Positions 35,501 through 44,250 of a stretch of 51,997 bases of DNA are shown here, one piece after another; the stretch's first letter is position 1, and every line of letters starts with the position of its first letter. The notes under the pieces are model-generated. The model saw only the letters and a program-made list of their open reading frames with translations, searched no databases and was not told where the DNA came from. The stretch spans positions 1 to 51,997 of the IMG/VR virus record IMGVR_UViG_3300029319_000074. One strand, given 5' to 3'. The position numbers and the translations under genes are program-made. This DNA is from a virus (Duplodnaviria; Caudoviricetes).

Positions 35501-38389
35501 TTTACCACCAGTTCTAATTATATTACCAAAAGCTCCAATAGCTGTCATAGCAATAACACCTGAAGCAACTCTAGCTATTCCGGGAGTTGTAAATCTACCT
35601 CTACTAAATTGTCTTACATCTCTAGTTATATCTCTTATACCATTTTTTAATACAGTATTACTAAATGCAGTAGGGAATCCCATTAAACCAAACAAAGCTC
35701 TTGATAATAAATAACTGTGTAACAAAGGTTTTTGATTAGAAGCAGCAGTAGGATTCATAACAACTTCATCTACATATCTTGCTGCACTTTTAGTAAAATT
35801 CTTTTTATAAAAAATACCACGAGGATTTGCACCATCTTTAACCCATTTAATACCAGCCTCTATATTAACACCTAACTCATTTAATTCATCTTGCAATCTT
35901 AATTTTACTGTATTAGTTAATTTTCTTTGTGTTAATGGATTTTTATTATTTGCTAAACTATAAAGGTTTTCATATATTTTAGACTTACCTACTTCATAAC
36001 TTGTAAGTTGTACAAATCTAGTCCAATCATGTAATAAGTTGTTTTTAAAAAATACATTTTGTGCTTGAGTAGCTTTTTGAGTTATACCTTGACCAAACAT
36101 AGCTAAAGCTCTATCTTGTCCAGCAGTAGTCATTGCTCTGTTTAATCTGTTTAATTCTCGTAAAGATTTACTACGAACATCAGCTTCAGCTTGAACAATG
36201 TCATTCCACCAAAATTTTCCATAATCTTTTACAGTTTGAAACATAGTTCTAATACCACCTGCACCAACTTCAGCTTCTCCTTTACCTTTTTGTATTGTTT
36301 TTTTACCAGCACCTTTTAATATAGGAACAGCTATTTCAGATAAACTTGTAATAGTAGCGAAAGGTAATAAAGCCATTTGATTTACTACTGTAACACCATC
36401 TAGTGCAGCTCTCAGCCAAGCAGTTTTTATTGGGTCTTGTTGACCCGTAGTTACTTTATACATATTAATTAAATTTTCTATTTCTTTAGTATTTAATCTA
36501 TTACCAGCTCCAAGTTCTGCTTGAATTTTATCTATATATCTTTCTTTAAATTCATTTACATTAATACCAAAATATTTTTTTCTAGCTATTAAAGCAGTTG
36601 ATTGATGAATGTAATCAGCTAAAACAGTTTCTATATCTGTATCTAAATATTTTGAAATTTTAACATCATCAATATCAGAAAAAAATCTTTCTTTACTTAA
36701 TCCGGGTAATCTAGTAATAGAATCAGTATCTATAGCTACATCCATTATAGAAGCACCAACAAAAGTTCTATTATCTATCATGTCTTGAATAAGTTCTAAA
36801 GCTTTAGATTGACTTACATTTTGTGTCCTCATTATTTCTTCAGTAAGAGTTCCGGGGTTTATAAGTTCATCTTGAAGTTCTGCTACAATATATTTTCTAG
36901 GAAAATAATTATCTCTTCTGTATATATCTACACCTTCTCTTTGTGCTTTATTTCTAACTTTATCTAATAAACCTCTAAGTTTTTTTCCTGCTTGAACAAT
37001 TTGTTTATTTAATGGAACTTCTTTACCATCAACTATCTTAGTAGTTTTTTCTGTATTTAAATAATAAAATAAATCATCATTAACTTCTGGGTCAAGTCTT
37101 TGTATTTTTTTAGGACTTCCTAAATCAAAAATACTGTCTTGTTTAGATAAAGCTAATGTTATAGGATTTAATGCTTTTTTTTCTTTAGTTAATTTTGTTT
37201 TAGCTCTTTGTCCAAATGGAAGTTTAAAAAAAGCATCTCTTGAACCTATAGCTGGAACTTGAAATGTCCCTCTAGTTTTTAATGGATTAATAATATCAAA
37301 TAATTCTTCATTATAATCGCCTAATAAATCTTGTAACTCTTCATTAAAACTATAAACTAATCTTTCTTGTTTACCTAGCTCACTCGCAACAAATCTTTTG
37401 TCTGCATCGTATCTAAATATTTTAACAAGTTCTTCAAGTGTTTTAGATTTTTTCATTCTACCAATAAATCTACTTGTAGGCTTTGTAAATAAACCAAATA
37501 ATTTAGCAGTAAAGTCTGTAGTTTTGTCTAAAAACTCACTACCTTTATCTACTAAATCAGCTTTATAATTATCATTATTATCTATTCTATCTATTCTTCT
37601 ATCTTGTAAAGCTCTTTGAAATTTTGGTAATCTAGATGCAGCTAATCCTAATCCATATAATCCAGTTGCACCTGCTCCTGTTATTGCACCTGCTCTTAAT
37701 ACTGCTCCTGTATCTCTAAATGCTCTTTGGTCTGTTTCTATTTCTACACCTTGTCGCATATATTCATCAATAGAACCATAAGTAAAACCTTCAGTTGCTA
37801 ATATAGCACCTGTTTGTTTTTTAGTTAAAGGACTTTTTAATTTTTGAAAAGGTATCTTTGTACCTACTTGATTTAAATTTTTAGTTATTTGTTGACCAGC
37901 TAATTTTTTTAATCCAGCTTGAGTTGCTTTAGCTGATGCCATTCTACCGGCTAATGATAATCCACCAGTCCAAGGTATAAGTAAAACACTAGCTGCAAAT
38001 GTAGGGTCAGATAACATTTCACCAGCTATATCTTTAGTAACAGAAAGTCTTTCTTTTAATCCACCTATATCAGCATTATCAAATTTATTTCTTAAATATA
38101 AATAGTCTTGTTTTTGTTGTTCAGAAAAACTTCTACTATCTATATAAGATTTAGTGGCATCATATAAATTAAAATCTGCACCTCTAAAATATGAAAACAA
38201 CTCATCGGGTGTTTTGCCTTTTCCTAACGAAGATAAAAATCTTTCTGCAGTTGTAGCAAACTTTTCATCTTCTCTTAAGTCTTGTAGAGTTTGTTGTTGT
38301 GGAATAAAAGGATTTTGAATTTGATTAAATGACCCAGCCACATTTGAAGTTGACCCTTTTAAAAAGTCTTGTACACTTTTAACAGCCAT
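32567..38389 (-). CDS. Large internal virion / DNA-ejection protein (1940 aa)
   Basis: Size and position at the end of the structural module; multi-domain; VDEIQSDVHQ motif. Confidence 0.6.
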   Translation of the reverse strand: MAVKSVQDFLKGSTSNVAGSFNQIQNPFIPQQQTLQDLREDEKFATTAERFLSSLGKGKTPDELFSYFRGADFNLYDATKSYIDSRSFSEQQKQDYLYLRNKFDNADIGGLKERLSVTKDIAGEMLSDPTFAASVLLIPWTGGLSLAGRMASAKATQAGLKKLAGQQITKNLNQVGTKIPFQKLKSPLTKKQTGAILATEGFTYGSIDEYMRQGVEIETDQRAFRDTGAVLRAGAITGAGATGLYGLGLAASRLPKFQRALQDRRIDRIDNNDNYKADLVDKGSEFLDKTTDFTAKLFGLFTKPTSRFIGRMKKSKTLEELVKIFRYDADKRFVASELGKQERLVYSFNEELQDLLGDYNEELFDIINPLKTRGTFQVPAIGSRDAFFKLPFGQRAKTKLTKEKKALNPITLALSKQDSIFDLGSPKKIQRLDPEVNDDLFYYLNTEKTTKIVDGKEVPLNKQIVQAGKKLRGLLDKVRNKAQREGVDIYRRDNYFPRKYIVAELQDELINPGTLTEEIMRTQNVSQSKALELIQDMIDNRTFVGASIMDVAIDTDSITRLPGLSKERFFSDIDDVKISKYLDTDIETVLADYIHQSTALIARKKYFGINVNEFKERYIDKIQAELGAGNRLNTKEIENLINMYKVTTGQQDPIKTAWLRAALDGVTVVNQMALLPFATITSLSEIAVPILKGAGKKTIQKGKGEAEVGAGGIRTMFQTVKDYGKFWWNDIVQAEADVRSKSLRELNRLNRAMTTAGQDRALAMFGQGITQKATQAQNVFFKNNLLHDWTRFVQLTSYEVGKSKIYENLYSLANNKNPLTQRKLTNTVKLRLQDELNELGVNIEAGIKWVKDGANPRGIFYKKNFTKSAARYVDEVVMNPTAASNQKPLLHSYLLSRALFGLMGFPTAFSNTVLKNGIRDITRDVRQFSRGRFTTPGIARVASGVIAMTAIGAFGNIIRTGGKELDKLEEGEITLEEFIGNASRRTGLWGPLEQYARIEDNRRYRTLPDSVLRNLAGPVIGDIIDVVDRSGRTSLQIAVSKIPGVTVLRQTNPEAYKDLMQWARENDFSQPTFEPEEDEDKPIRPRPPFQLGGLVDEYQYYSQLSEEMPQAIEETKKFLSDRVERGIESSKKVLEGARKGDYREAFEAYETLPIEQQIAGYIPPVTNFPLSLTGAAVYTEKAKPRMKTVGEYLKGVNPTSPVPNLPFTVEDPLSAGIAVAEGLGAIPLIGAVPKLTAKGLKTIRARRGDDTMGGGGNLVPDIKVKVDEAGFTSNIEEVAVSNVKQFSNAEAFVNFLQSPKRQFKKQELEFIDLNKLQITEDTTPNDVIQYIQENKPQLSRVVRTESPTLTGEKDNVQDYLSLDEPMTRQYLNEDIEYAARAEIDMRDAGNEAYRGATDEEIIEAITKSREQEGYEYLTGNIEGTDFALLGNQVEGYQATIGVGDNRIFLTDDFVPKDEALVKLNAYLTERGLLTKNIKINPAEKIRGQEGVPDTLFTGEDTLPTEYSDLSSFRLSAGGSDEYREIQLYLENPKEIDYNPEFVKSIRAHYPDTKGVNELLHYRVSNRIDTDGKKVLYVDEIQSDVHQLGEEYGYISDVDKPGIVPDFPYKDLAWVEVAVKDAIQLAIKDGGFDRISFADPLTQLIRNNKKSNYINNFEISRSQNRFTLKVDGVDKYELFNPENPLKLKSQDELFNTPPDFLDGYSLATKIDTVDQMIRELGFDGPLKKLINDSTDNAGALLDTPMAISLRDNPEDFYLQFIKDNNITELDDIFNRLNNVIDSPDNTLVIDVNRLALGEGKKFIDIYGNLIPKALKKIGREQYNIEPKTNKILLDETDVTVSSDEVYKAFEQKAKQLSRMDIIDDDTVEMAQKINNKFVEPKKLKTISLDISPKMKKPLKLFARGGLVVGEDNVPFTKEDPADRVDPFTGSPYKSQMEELGL

Positions 38390-38391
38390 AA

Positions 38392-39981
38392 TTAATTAAT
38401 AACTACCCAGTTTAATATATCGTTATCATCTTTTTCTACTACTAAATTAACTTGATATGGAGTATTATCTCTATCTGTTCCAGAGAATGTTAATGTTTTA
38501 CCTTCTATTTTCATACCATTATTACCAGTATCATCTTGTATATTTCTTTGTAGATAACCATAATCATTTAAATTCCTTGCAAACATATTTGCTGTTTCAG
38601 GAACTATAGGCATATTTAAAACTTTAGGATTAACATATTCAGTTGATGTTAATTTTCCTCCAAAACGAGTTTTACCTTGTGGTTTTGAAACTACTCCAAG
38701 TTCTTGTATTTCAAAAGAATCTTCTAAAGCTTTATTAAAATTATCTGTATACTCAGCAGGATTAATTCTTTGTAATTCAACAGCTCCTTTAATTACATTA
38801 TCTACAAATAAAGCACTTCCATCTGTTGAAGCATCTTGATTTTTATTATTTAAAGTAAAGTTACCAGACAGTCTTTCTAAAAATACAGCTCTTTGTTTAT
38901 CATCTGTATTTTGAGAACCTTTTAATCTAGTAATATTATTTTTAATACCTGATACTACTAAGGCTCTATTATTTTCATCATTAACTTGTTCTACCATATC
39001 TATTTCTTCTCTAGTGTTTGGCATAACAACAGATATAATTTCTTGTTGACTAGGACGTAAATATATCTCACTATTTTCAATACCATATCTATTTAAAGCT
39101 CGTTTAGCTTCTATAGCTTCTATAAACTTAGTTGTATCTTCTTTAGCTAAATTATCTAAATGTTTATAGCCTGAAGGATTAATACCTACAGCATGAGCTT
39201 TTAAAATTAAATCAGTAGGAATAACTTCATTTCTTGAATTAATTTTTGATATTTCATTTTGAACTTCATTCTTTTTATTTAATAATTGTTGAGCATCAGA
39301 TAAATATTCATCTACTTGAAAATTATAAGTTTTTTGAACATTAGATACTGCTGTATTAAAAGAATTAATATAATCATTTGATTCTGTTTTAAATTTATTA
39401 AGAGTATCATCAGCATTTTCTTTAATACCAAAAGCATTTCCAAAAACATTTTTTAAAAACTTAGCGTTATCTGGATTTAATTTTCTTTTTACATTCGCAG
39501 ATATTTCTTCATAAGGAGCAAGAAGTTCTTCATAAGTTTTTTCTTTTTTAAGACCTTCTTCAAACTTACCTTGTGAAAATTTATTTAATTTTTTTTGATA
39601 TAAATTTGCTTCTGTATTATAAATATCTAAAATTTTATCTTCTCTTAGTGTACCATTTTTAGCAACAATATCTCTTCTTAATCCTTCTTCCCAAGACTGT
39701 TGACCATCTTTAGTGTAAGTTTTGTGAGTAGCAAAAAAGTTTGTATAGTCTTCAAACTCTTTTTTAGCTTTAGCTCTATTAACAGTATCTAGCCTTTGAA
39801 ACTCATCATACTTTGTTTGTGCTTTCTTTTGAGCTCTTACATCTCCTAAACCTAATAAAAGTGCACCTAATAAATATTTGTTACCAGATTTTTGTGATTC
39901 TTTTCTACCACTAAAATAATTACTAGCTATATCTCTAAAGCTTCCTTGGTCTGGATTAAAATAATCTAGTAAACTTCTCAT
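38392..39981 (-). CDS. Probable internal virion protein
   Basis: Helical 529-aa protein in the ejection-protein cluster. Confidence 0.45.
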   Translation of the reverse strand: MRSLLDYFNPDQGSFRDIASNYFSGRKESQKSGNKYLLGALLLGLGDVRAQKKAQTKYDEFQRLDTVNRAKAKKEFEDYTNFFATHKTYTKDGQQSWEEGLRRDIVAKNGTLREDKILDIYNTEANLYQKKLNKFSQGKFEEGLKKEKTYEELLAPYEEISANVKRKLNPDNAKFLKNVFGNAFGIKENADDTLNKFKTESNDYINSFNTAVSNVQKTYNFQVDEYLSDAQQLLNKKNEVQNEISKINSRNEVIPTDLILKAHAVGINPSGYKHLDNLAKEDTTKFIEAIEAKRALNRYGIENSEIYLRPSQQEIISVVMPNTREEIDMVEQVNDENNRALVVSGIKNNITRLKGSQNTDDKQRAVFLERLSGNFTLNNKNQDASTDGSALFVDNVIKGAVELQRINPAEYTDNFNKALEDSFEIQELGVVSKPQGKTRFGGKLTSTEYVNPKVLNMPIVPETANMFARNLNDYGYLQRNIQDDTGNNGMKIEGKTLTFSGTDRDNTPYQVNLVVEKDDNDILNWVVIN

Positions 39982-39982
39982 C

Positions 39983-40570
39983 TTATTCTCCTTCTTGTCT
40001 TGCTAACAAACTTGGACTAGGTGGTACTTCATCTAGTCTTTCTTTAATTTCTTCTGGTAATACATTTTCTTTTTTAAAATCTTTTTCAACTGTAGATAAT
40101 TTAGCTTTTTCCATAGCTTGTTTAAATGTACTTAACTGTACTTCAGGGTCATCTACTGCAGGATTATCATCTACACTTATTACCATCTCATCAGATTCTA
40201 ATCCATACATTTCACCCATAGACATAATCATATAAGTTAAAGGTTCTAATAACAATAACATTAAATCTGCATTCCATTTACCTTCTAAGAATCCAGTATA
40301 TAAAATAGCAGAAGCTAAATCTAAAATAGGAACTTCATTATCTAAAGCAGCAGTTAAATTTTCAAATGCTTCTTCTTCTAAAAGATTATCAAATATATAC
40401 ATAAGACAATCTTTTACAGTATTAAACTCTGAAGGTTTTTCCCAGTTATAAGGAGTATTAGGAGAGTTAGTTAAACTTTGACCCGGAATAGGTCTATTAA
40501 AATTATTAGTAACTAAATCTAATCCTTTTTCTTCTCTTAATATTTTATCTTCGTTGGATTCTATTCTCAT
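39983..40570 (-). CDS. Hypothetical structural-module protein
   Basis: PIPGQSLT...WEKP motif; start probably ATG 40570. Confidence 0.55.
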   Translation of the reverse strand: MRIESNEDKILREEKGLDLVTNNFNRPIPGQSLTNSPNTPYNWEKPSEFNTVKDCLMYIFDNLLEEEAFENLTAALDNEVPILDLASAILYTGFLEGKWNADLMLLLLEPLTYMIMSMGEMYGLESDEMVISVDDNPAVDDPEVQLSTFKQAMEKAKLSTVEKDFKKENVLPEEIKERLDEVPPSPSLLARQEGE

Positions 40571-40571
40571 A

Positions 40572-41435
40572 TTATACTCTCGGTAATGGTAATATATCTT
40601 GTTCAAATAATGGCATACTAAATGCTTTTATAAAATCAGGACTACTATTACTATATATAGCTTGATTAGAAAAAGCACTATAATTAGATGGTAAAGATTC
40701 CATAGTAGAATCAGCCATCATAGGTGCTATATCTTGCATGTAAGTATTTTGAGCTTGTTCTTGATTTACCATAGGTGATACTATACCACCTCTAGGCATC
40801 ATTGCAGAATCATCTCCACCCATTATACCTTGTATAACAGCACCCTCTACTAAACCTGTAGTTAAATTAACAGTTCCTTCTTTTAAATTTTCTGGTGTAA
40901 ATAAATCTGTGTAATGATTTTTTAAAGCTGTACCAACATCACCAAACCATTCTTTTACTGGACCACCTGTTACATTAAATGCTTGACCTAATTTTGTTGT
41001 TTTTGAAGCTGCTTTACCAACATCTAAAGTTGCAGACATAGCTTCACTTAAATTAGAAGATGTAATATTTACATCACTTAAAAGTGTATCAGCCATATTA
41101 CCTGCTGCACTTGATATTCTTGGTGCTGTAACTACAGTCTCACCTATAATTTTATTAGATGCTTGTACTGCTCCTTCTGTAACAGTATCTTTAATCCCTT
41201 CTTTTACAATTTCATCAGTTGCTGTTTTAGCAGCAGTTTGACTAGCTCCTTTACCAAACATACTTCCTACAGTTTTAAAGGATGTACCAAACATAGCATT
41301 AGCAGCATAAGGGGCAGCTATCATTAAAGCTACAGAACCTATTGGTCCTAATTTATCAAAAAACTTTCCAGCTTTTGAAAAAACTTTTTTTATACCCTTT
41401 TTAATTTTTTTACCTATCTTTCTTAATTTACCCAT
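40572..41435 (-). CDS. Probable ejection protein with a cationic amphipathic N-terminus
   Basis: GAGGA RBS before ATG 41435; MGKLRKIGKKIKKGIKKVF followed by a hydrophobic Gly/Ala segment. Confidence 0.5.
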   Translation of the reverse strand: MGKLRKIGKKIKKGIKKVFSKAGKFFDKLGPIGSVALMIAAPYAANAMFGTSFKTVGSMFGKGASQTAAKTATDEIVKEGIKDTVTEGAVQASNKIIGETVVTAPRISSAAGNMADTLLSDVNITSSNLSEAMSATLDVGKAASKTTKLGQAFNVTGGPVKEWFGDVGTALKNHYTDLFTPENLKEGTVNLTTGLVEGAVIQGIMGGDDSAMMPRGGIVSPMVNQEQAQNTYMQDIAPMMADSTMESLPSNYSAFSNQAIYSNSSPDFIKAFSMPLFEQDILPLPRV

Positions 41436-41445
41436 TATATTCCTC

Positions 41446-43572
41446 TTATGAAAAACTATTAGCAAGTGCTTGTATTAAAAATAAAACTTTATCATCGTAT
41501 GTTTGTCCAGCCTTACCTTCATTAGCAATAGCTGTTGATAATATTTGAGCAGCTCTAGTTTCTTCGTTTTCAAAAGCTCTAAAATCAAAGTCTGCTTGGT
41601 CTCTTAATTCTTGCCATAAAAAAGACATTGACCTAGAACTTAAATTAAAAGCATTCATTGCATTTTGCATATTAACTTGATTTTGAGCAGCAGTATTAAT
41701 TGTGTTAGCTTGTCTTCTCCATTGTACATTTGATGCTTCAACTGCTGCAGCATTTTGTGCATTCCATTGATTACGAGCAAAATCTTGTTGACTATTAAAC
41801 TGGTCAACTTGTGTATATAATTGTGCTCTAAATTTATTTAAGTCTGCTTCTCTTGCAGTATCTCTAGCTTCTGCTGCATTAGCTTGAGTTGCATTAAACT
41901 GTTCCATTGCATTGTTTTGAGAAGAGTTATATTGTTCCATTTGTGCTCCAAGGCTCATCATAAACTGGTCTCTTTGTTGTTCATTAGCAGCGTTAAATTG
42001 AGCAGCAGCATTTTGTGCAGATTGATTAGATAATATTCTTTGTTGATTTAATTGAGATGAAACAACATTAGATTGTTGTTCAGCATTTAAATTAGATATA
42101 TCCATTTGTAAAAAGTTTTTAGCATTTTGTATTTCTGCTTGTTGTTGTAAATTAGCTTCAGCTAAATTAGCTTGAGATAATAATACAGCACTTTGTATGG
42201 CTGCTTGTTGTTCATTACTAGCAACTGTCAAACTTACAGTTTGTAAAAATTTACTATTAGCTAACTCTGTTTGTTGGTCAGCATTAAACTGAGCCATATT
42301 TAAATTAAATACATTTTGAGCATTACTTAATGTTGCTTGTTGTTCTCTTTGTGCATTAGCTTCAGCAACCTGTGCTTCAATACTTCTTTGTTGACTTACA
42401 CTTTGTTGTATAGCTTGAGCATTACTTTGAGCTAAAGGTATAGCACTTTGTATAATAGCATTAAATAAATTATCTCTACCAACACTCGATGCACTTAAAC
42501 CTCTTTGAGCTAACATAGATTCTACACTAGCAACAGCAGGTTGAGCCCATGCAGGTATTTCTCCTTCTTCAATACCATTTAATAAACTGTCTAACTGATT
42601 AGATACTAAAGCTTCTTCTGGTAATCCAGCTATTAATCCTCTTTCTTGCTCTGTAAATTGTGTGAGTCTATCTTCTAAAGCTTCAGGATTACTACCTAAT
42701 TCAGCAATAGCATCTTCTTGTAATCCTGCATTTCTTAATTGTTTTTTAGCTCTAGTAACTCTAGCTAAATCTGTACCAGCATTTTTAGCTGCAGTAGCTT
42801 TAGCTTCAGGACTAAGTACTCCAGTTACTCTAGATGCCAAAGCACCTGCTGGTATATTAATAGGAGCACCTTCAATAGGTTTAACTTTTTCTACACCGGC
42901 TGCTTCAGCTATTCTAGATACATCACCTTCTGCTACTTGAACTTGAGCATCAGTTGGAACTATATCTAATTCATCTCTAGTTATCTGAGCAGCTTGTCTT
43001 TCAGCAGGAGTTTGTGCAGTTCTTAATCTTCCAGTTGTTACTTGTTCATCTCCTACAGAAGTTACTGGTTGTTTTTCAACAGTGGTAGGAGCATCCATAA
43101 TGTTTCGTTCTTGGTCTCTTACTATAAGTTCTCCTGTTTCAGGATTTCTACCAGCTACTTCTTTTGCTGTAGGAATTACTGCTGTTTCTGGTAACATACC
43201 TTGAGCAGAACCTTCTATCATACTGGCAGTTCTTTGAATTCTATCTGTCCTATCTTGAGATGCAGTAGTAGGTCTATTCATCTGTGTATTAAGTGGAGTT
43301 GTAACACTGGTATTATCACCTCCACCCCCAATACCGGGAATATTAATAATGCTTCCCTCATCACTAGTAGGTTGTATTTTATCTAATCTATCAACAGAAA
43401 ATCTATCTCTTAATTCTTCTTGTCGTCTTTCAAATCTTTCTCTGTCTTCATCTTCATTGTGAGGACCACCATGAAATTTAGACACTCTTCCACCAGTACG
43501 CATATCTATTCTACCACCTGTAGTATATCTATTTCTTTTACTTCTTCTTTTTTTCTTTTCTTTTCTTGTCAT
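41446..43572 (-). CDS. Q/N/A-rich coiled-coil ejection (pilot-like) protein
   Basis: Repeated QFNA-type motifs in the C-terminal half; start probably ATG 43572. Confidence 0.55.
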   Translation of the reverse strand: MTRKEKKKRRSKRNRYTTGGRIDMRTGGRVSKFHGGPHNEDEDRERFERRQEELRDRFSVDRLDKIQPTSDEGSIINIPGIGGGGDNTSVTTPLNTQMNRPTTASQDRTDRIQRTASMIEGSAQGMLPETAVIPTAKEVAGRNPETGELIVRDQERNIMDAPTTVEKQPVTSVGDEQVTTGRLRTAQTPAERQAAQITRDELDIVPTDAQVQVAEGDVSRIAEAAGVEKVKPIEGAPINIPAGALASRVTGVLSPEAKATAAKNAGTDLARVTRAKKQLRNAGLQEDAIAELGSNPEALEDRLTQFTEQERGLIAGLPEEALVSNQLDSLLNGIEEGEIPAWAQPAVASVESMLAQRGLSASSVGRDNLFNAIIQSAIPLAQSNAQAIQQSVSQQRSIEAQVAEANAQREQQATLSNAQNVFNLNMAQFNADQQTELANSKFLQTVSLTVASNEQQAAIQSAVLLSQANLAEANLQQQAEIQNAKNFLQMDISNLNAEQQSNVVSSQLNQQRILSNQSAQNAAAQFNAANEQQRDQFMMSLGAQMEQYNSSQNNAMEQFNATQANAAEARDTAREADLNKFRAQLYTQVDQFNSQQDFARNQWNAQNAAAVEASNVQWRRQANTINTAAQNQVNMQNAMNAFNLSSRSMSFLWQELRDQADFDFRAFENEETRAAQILSTAIANEGKAGQTYDDKVLFLIQALANSFS

Positions 43573-43647
43573 TATCTTTTCCTGCACGATGTAGCAGCTT
43601 CATAAGAAGTTTAGGTTTGTCTGTCATCATTATGATTACTGCTCGTT

Positions 43648-43890
43648 TCATTTTACTTCAAATAATTTGTCAACCTTTTCGTGTAATTTTTCTACTCTAT
43701 CCATTAGAGTATTCATGTCATCTTTTAATTCTTGTTTAGTTACATAGTCTCTTGCAATCTCTTCACGAGTTTTATTTAAGAGTATGTCAATTCTTTTAGC
43801 TTCTGCAGTATTACCACGAATACCATAAAGTACGGGAGCTAACACCAAAGTTATAAAGATATTCCAAAATAAATAAGGTGTTAGTTCCAT
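43648..43890 (-). CDS. Small membrane protein (TM + coiled coil)
   Basis: N-terminal TM; TREEIARDYVTK. Confidence 0.55.
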   Translation of the reverse strand: MELTPYLFWNIFITLVLAPVLYGIRGNTAEAKRIDILLNKTREEIARDYVTKQELKDDMNTLMDRVEKLHEKVDKLFEVK

Positions 43891-43892
43891 AA

Positions 43893-44237
43893 CTAGCTAA
43901 GTACTTTAGTTACGCTAGTAGGTGTTATTTTTTCAGCTATCTCAGCATCTAATGCAGTTTTCATAGCTGTAACAGTATCAGCAGTTAATGCTGTTTCGAC
44001 CCAGCCTTGAACATCACTAGCTTTTAAGCTAGACCATTCTATAAAGCTTGAAAGGTCTGAAGTGTCAACACTCTGAGAACCATAAGTAGTAGCAGTCCAG
44101 TTATTACCATCGCTATCTTTATTAGTATCATCAGTTGCTGTAAGTCTCCAATGTACATTATAGACTACATCACTTTTACTATCTTTTGTAGGGTATGTGT
44201 CGCAAGTGTTAACATCCCAAGTATATCCTATTGCCAT
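43893..44237 (-). CDS. Tail-fibre-associated small protein
   Basis: VVYNVHWR...F.EW..L....V.GWV pattern; follows the fibre gene. Confidence 0.5.
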   Translation of the reverse strand: MAIGYTWDVNTCDTYPTKDSKSDVVYNVHWRLTATDDTNKDSDGNNWTATTYGSQSVDTSDLSSFIEWSSLKASDVQGWVETALTADTVTAMKTALDAEIAEKITPTSVTKVLS

Positions 44238-44250
44238 ATTTATTCTCCTT

